A stretch of 64,000 bases of DNA from Hydrolagus colliei (lineage: Eukaryota). The stretch spans positions 14,260,001-14,324,000 of the forward strand of contig CM068749.1 in NCBI GenBank assembly GCA_035084275.1, in the 5' to 3' direction. Shown piece after piece: positions 63,983 through 64,000 of this stretch. The translations under genes and the position numbers were made by a program. Positions within the stretch are counted from its first letter, which is position 1. Every line of letters begins with the position of its first letter. The notes beneath the pieces are model-generated. The model searched no databases and had not been told where the DNA came from. It saw nothing but the letters and a program-made list of their open reading frames with translations.

Positions 63983-64000
63983 AATCAATTAAATTGTTCA

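Noticed and set aside
1-64000. CRISPR array, prokaryotic operon or endogenous virus
   Set aside because: No regularly spaced repeat-spacer structure, no gene-dense ORFs, no LTR/gag/pol/env signatures seen.

Overview
AT-rich, CpG-depleted vertebrate non-coding DNA (large intron or gene desert). I find no recognisable protein-coding gene, RNA gene or CRISPR array, and nearly all ORFs in the track are spurious or overlap repeats. The repeat repertoire points to a cartilaginous fish, probably a chimaera such as Callorhinchus; this is inferred from recalled family consensuses, not from a search. It comprises tRNA-headed Deu-domain SINEs with an L2-type tail, SacSINE1/AmnSINE1-like copies, CR1 with an (ATTCTATG)n tail, L2 fragments and Penelope-type hammerhead remnants. 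The window also holds fossil hAT-transposase and Tx1/L1-clade RT segments and a Tc1/mariner-type MITE. The most unusual item is a young, CpG-rich, one-ended hAT-like insertion (~42994-43831) carrying ZNF143-like, YY1 and NRF1-like motifs around a G-quadruplex-prone minisatellite. Also notable are an isolated minimal hammerhead ribozyme core, fold-back hairpins at insertion junctions and a few candidate small exons. I cannot support a new multi-gene system here.
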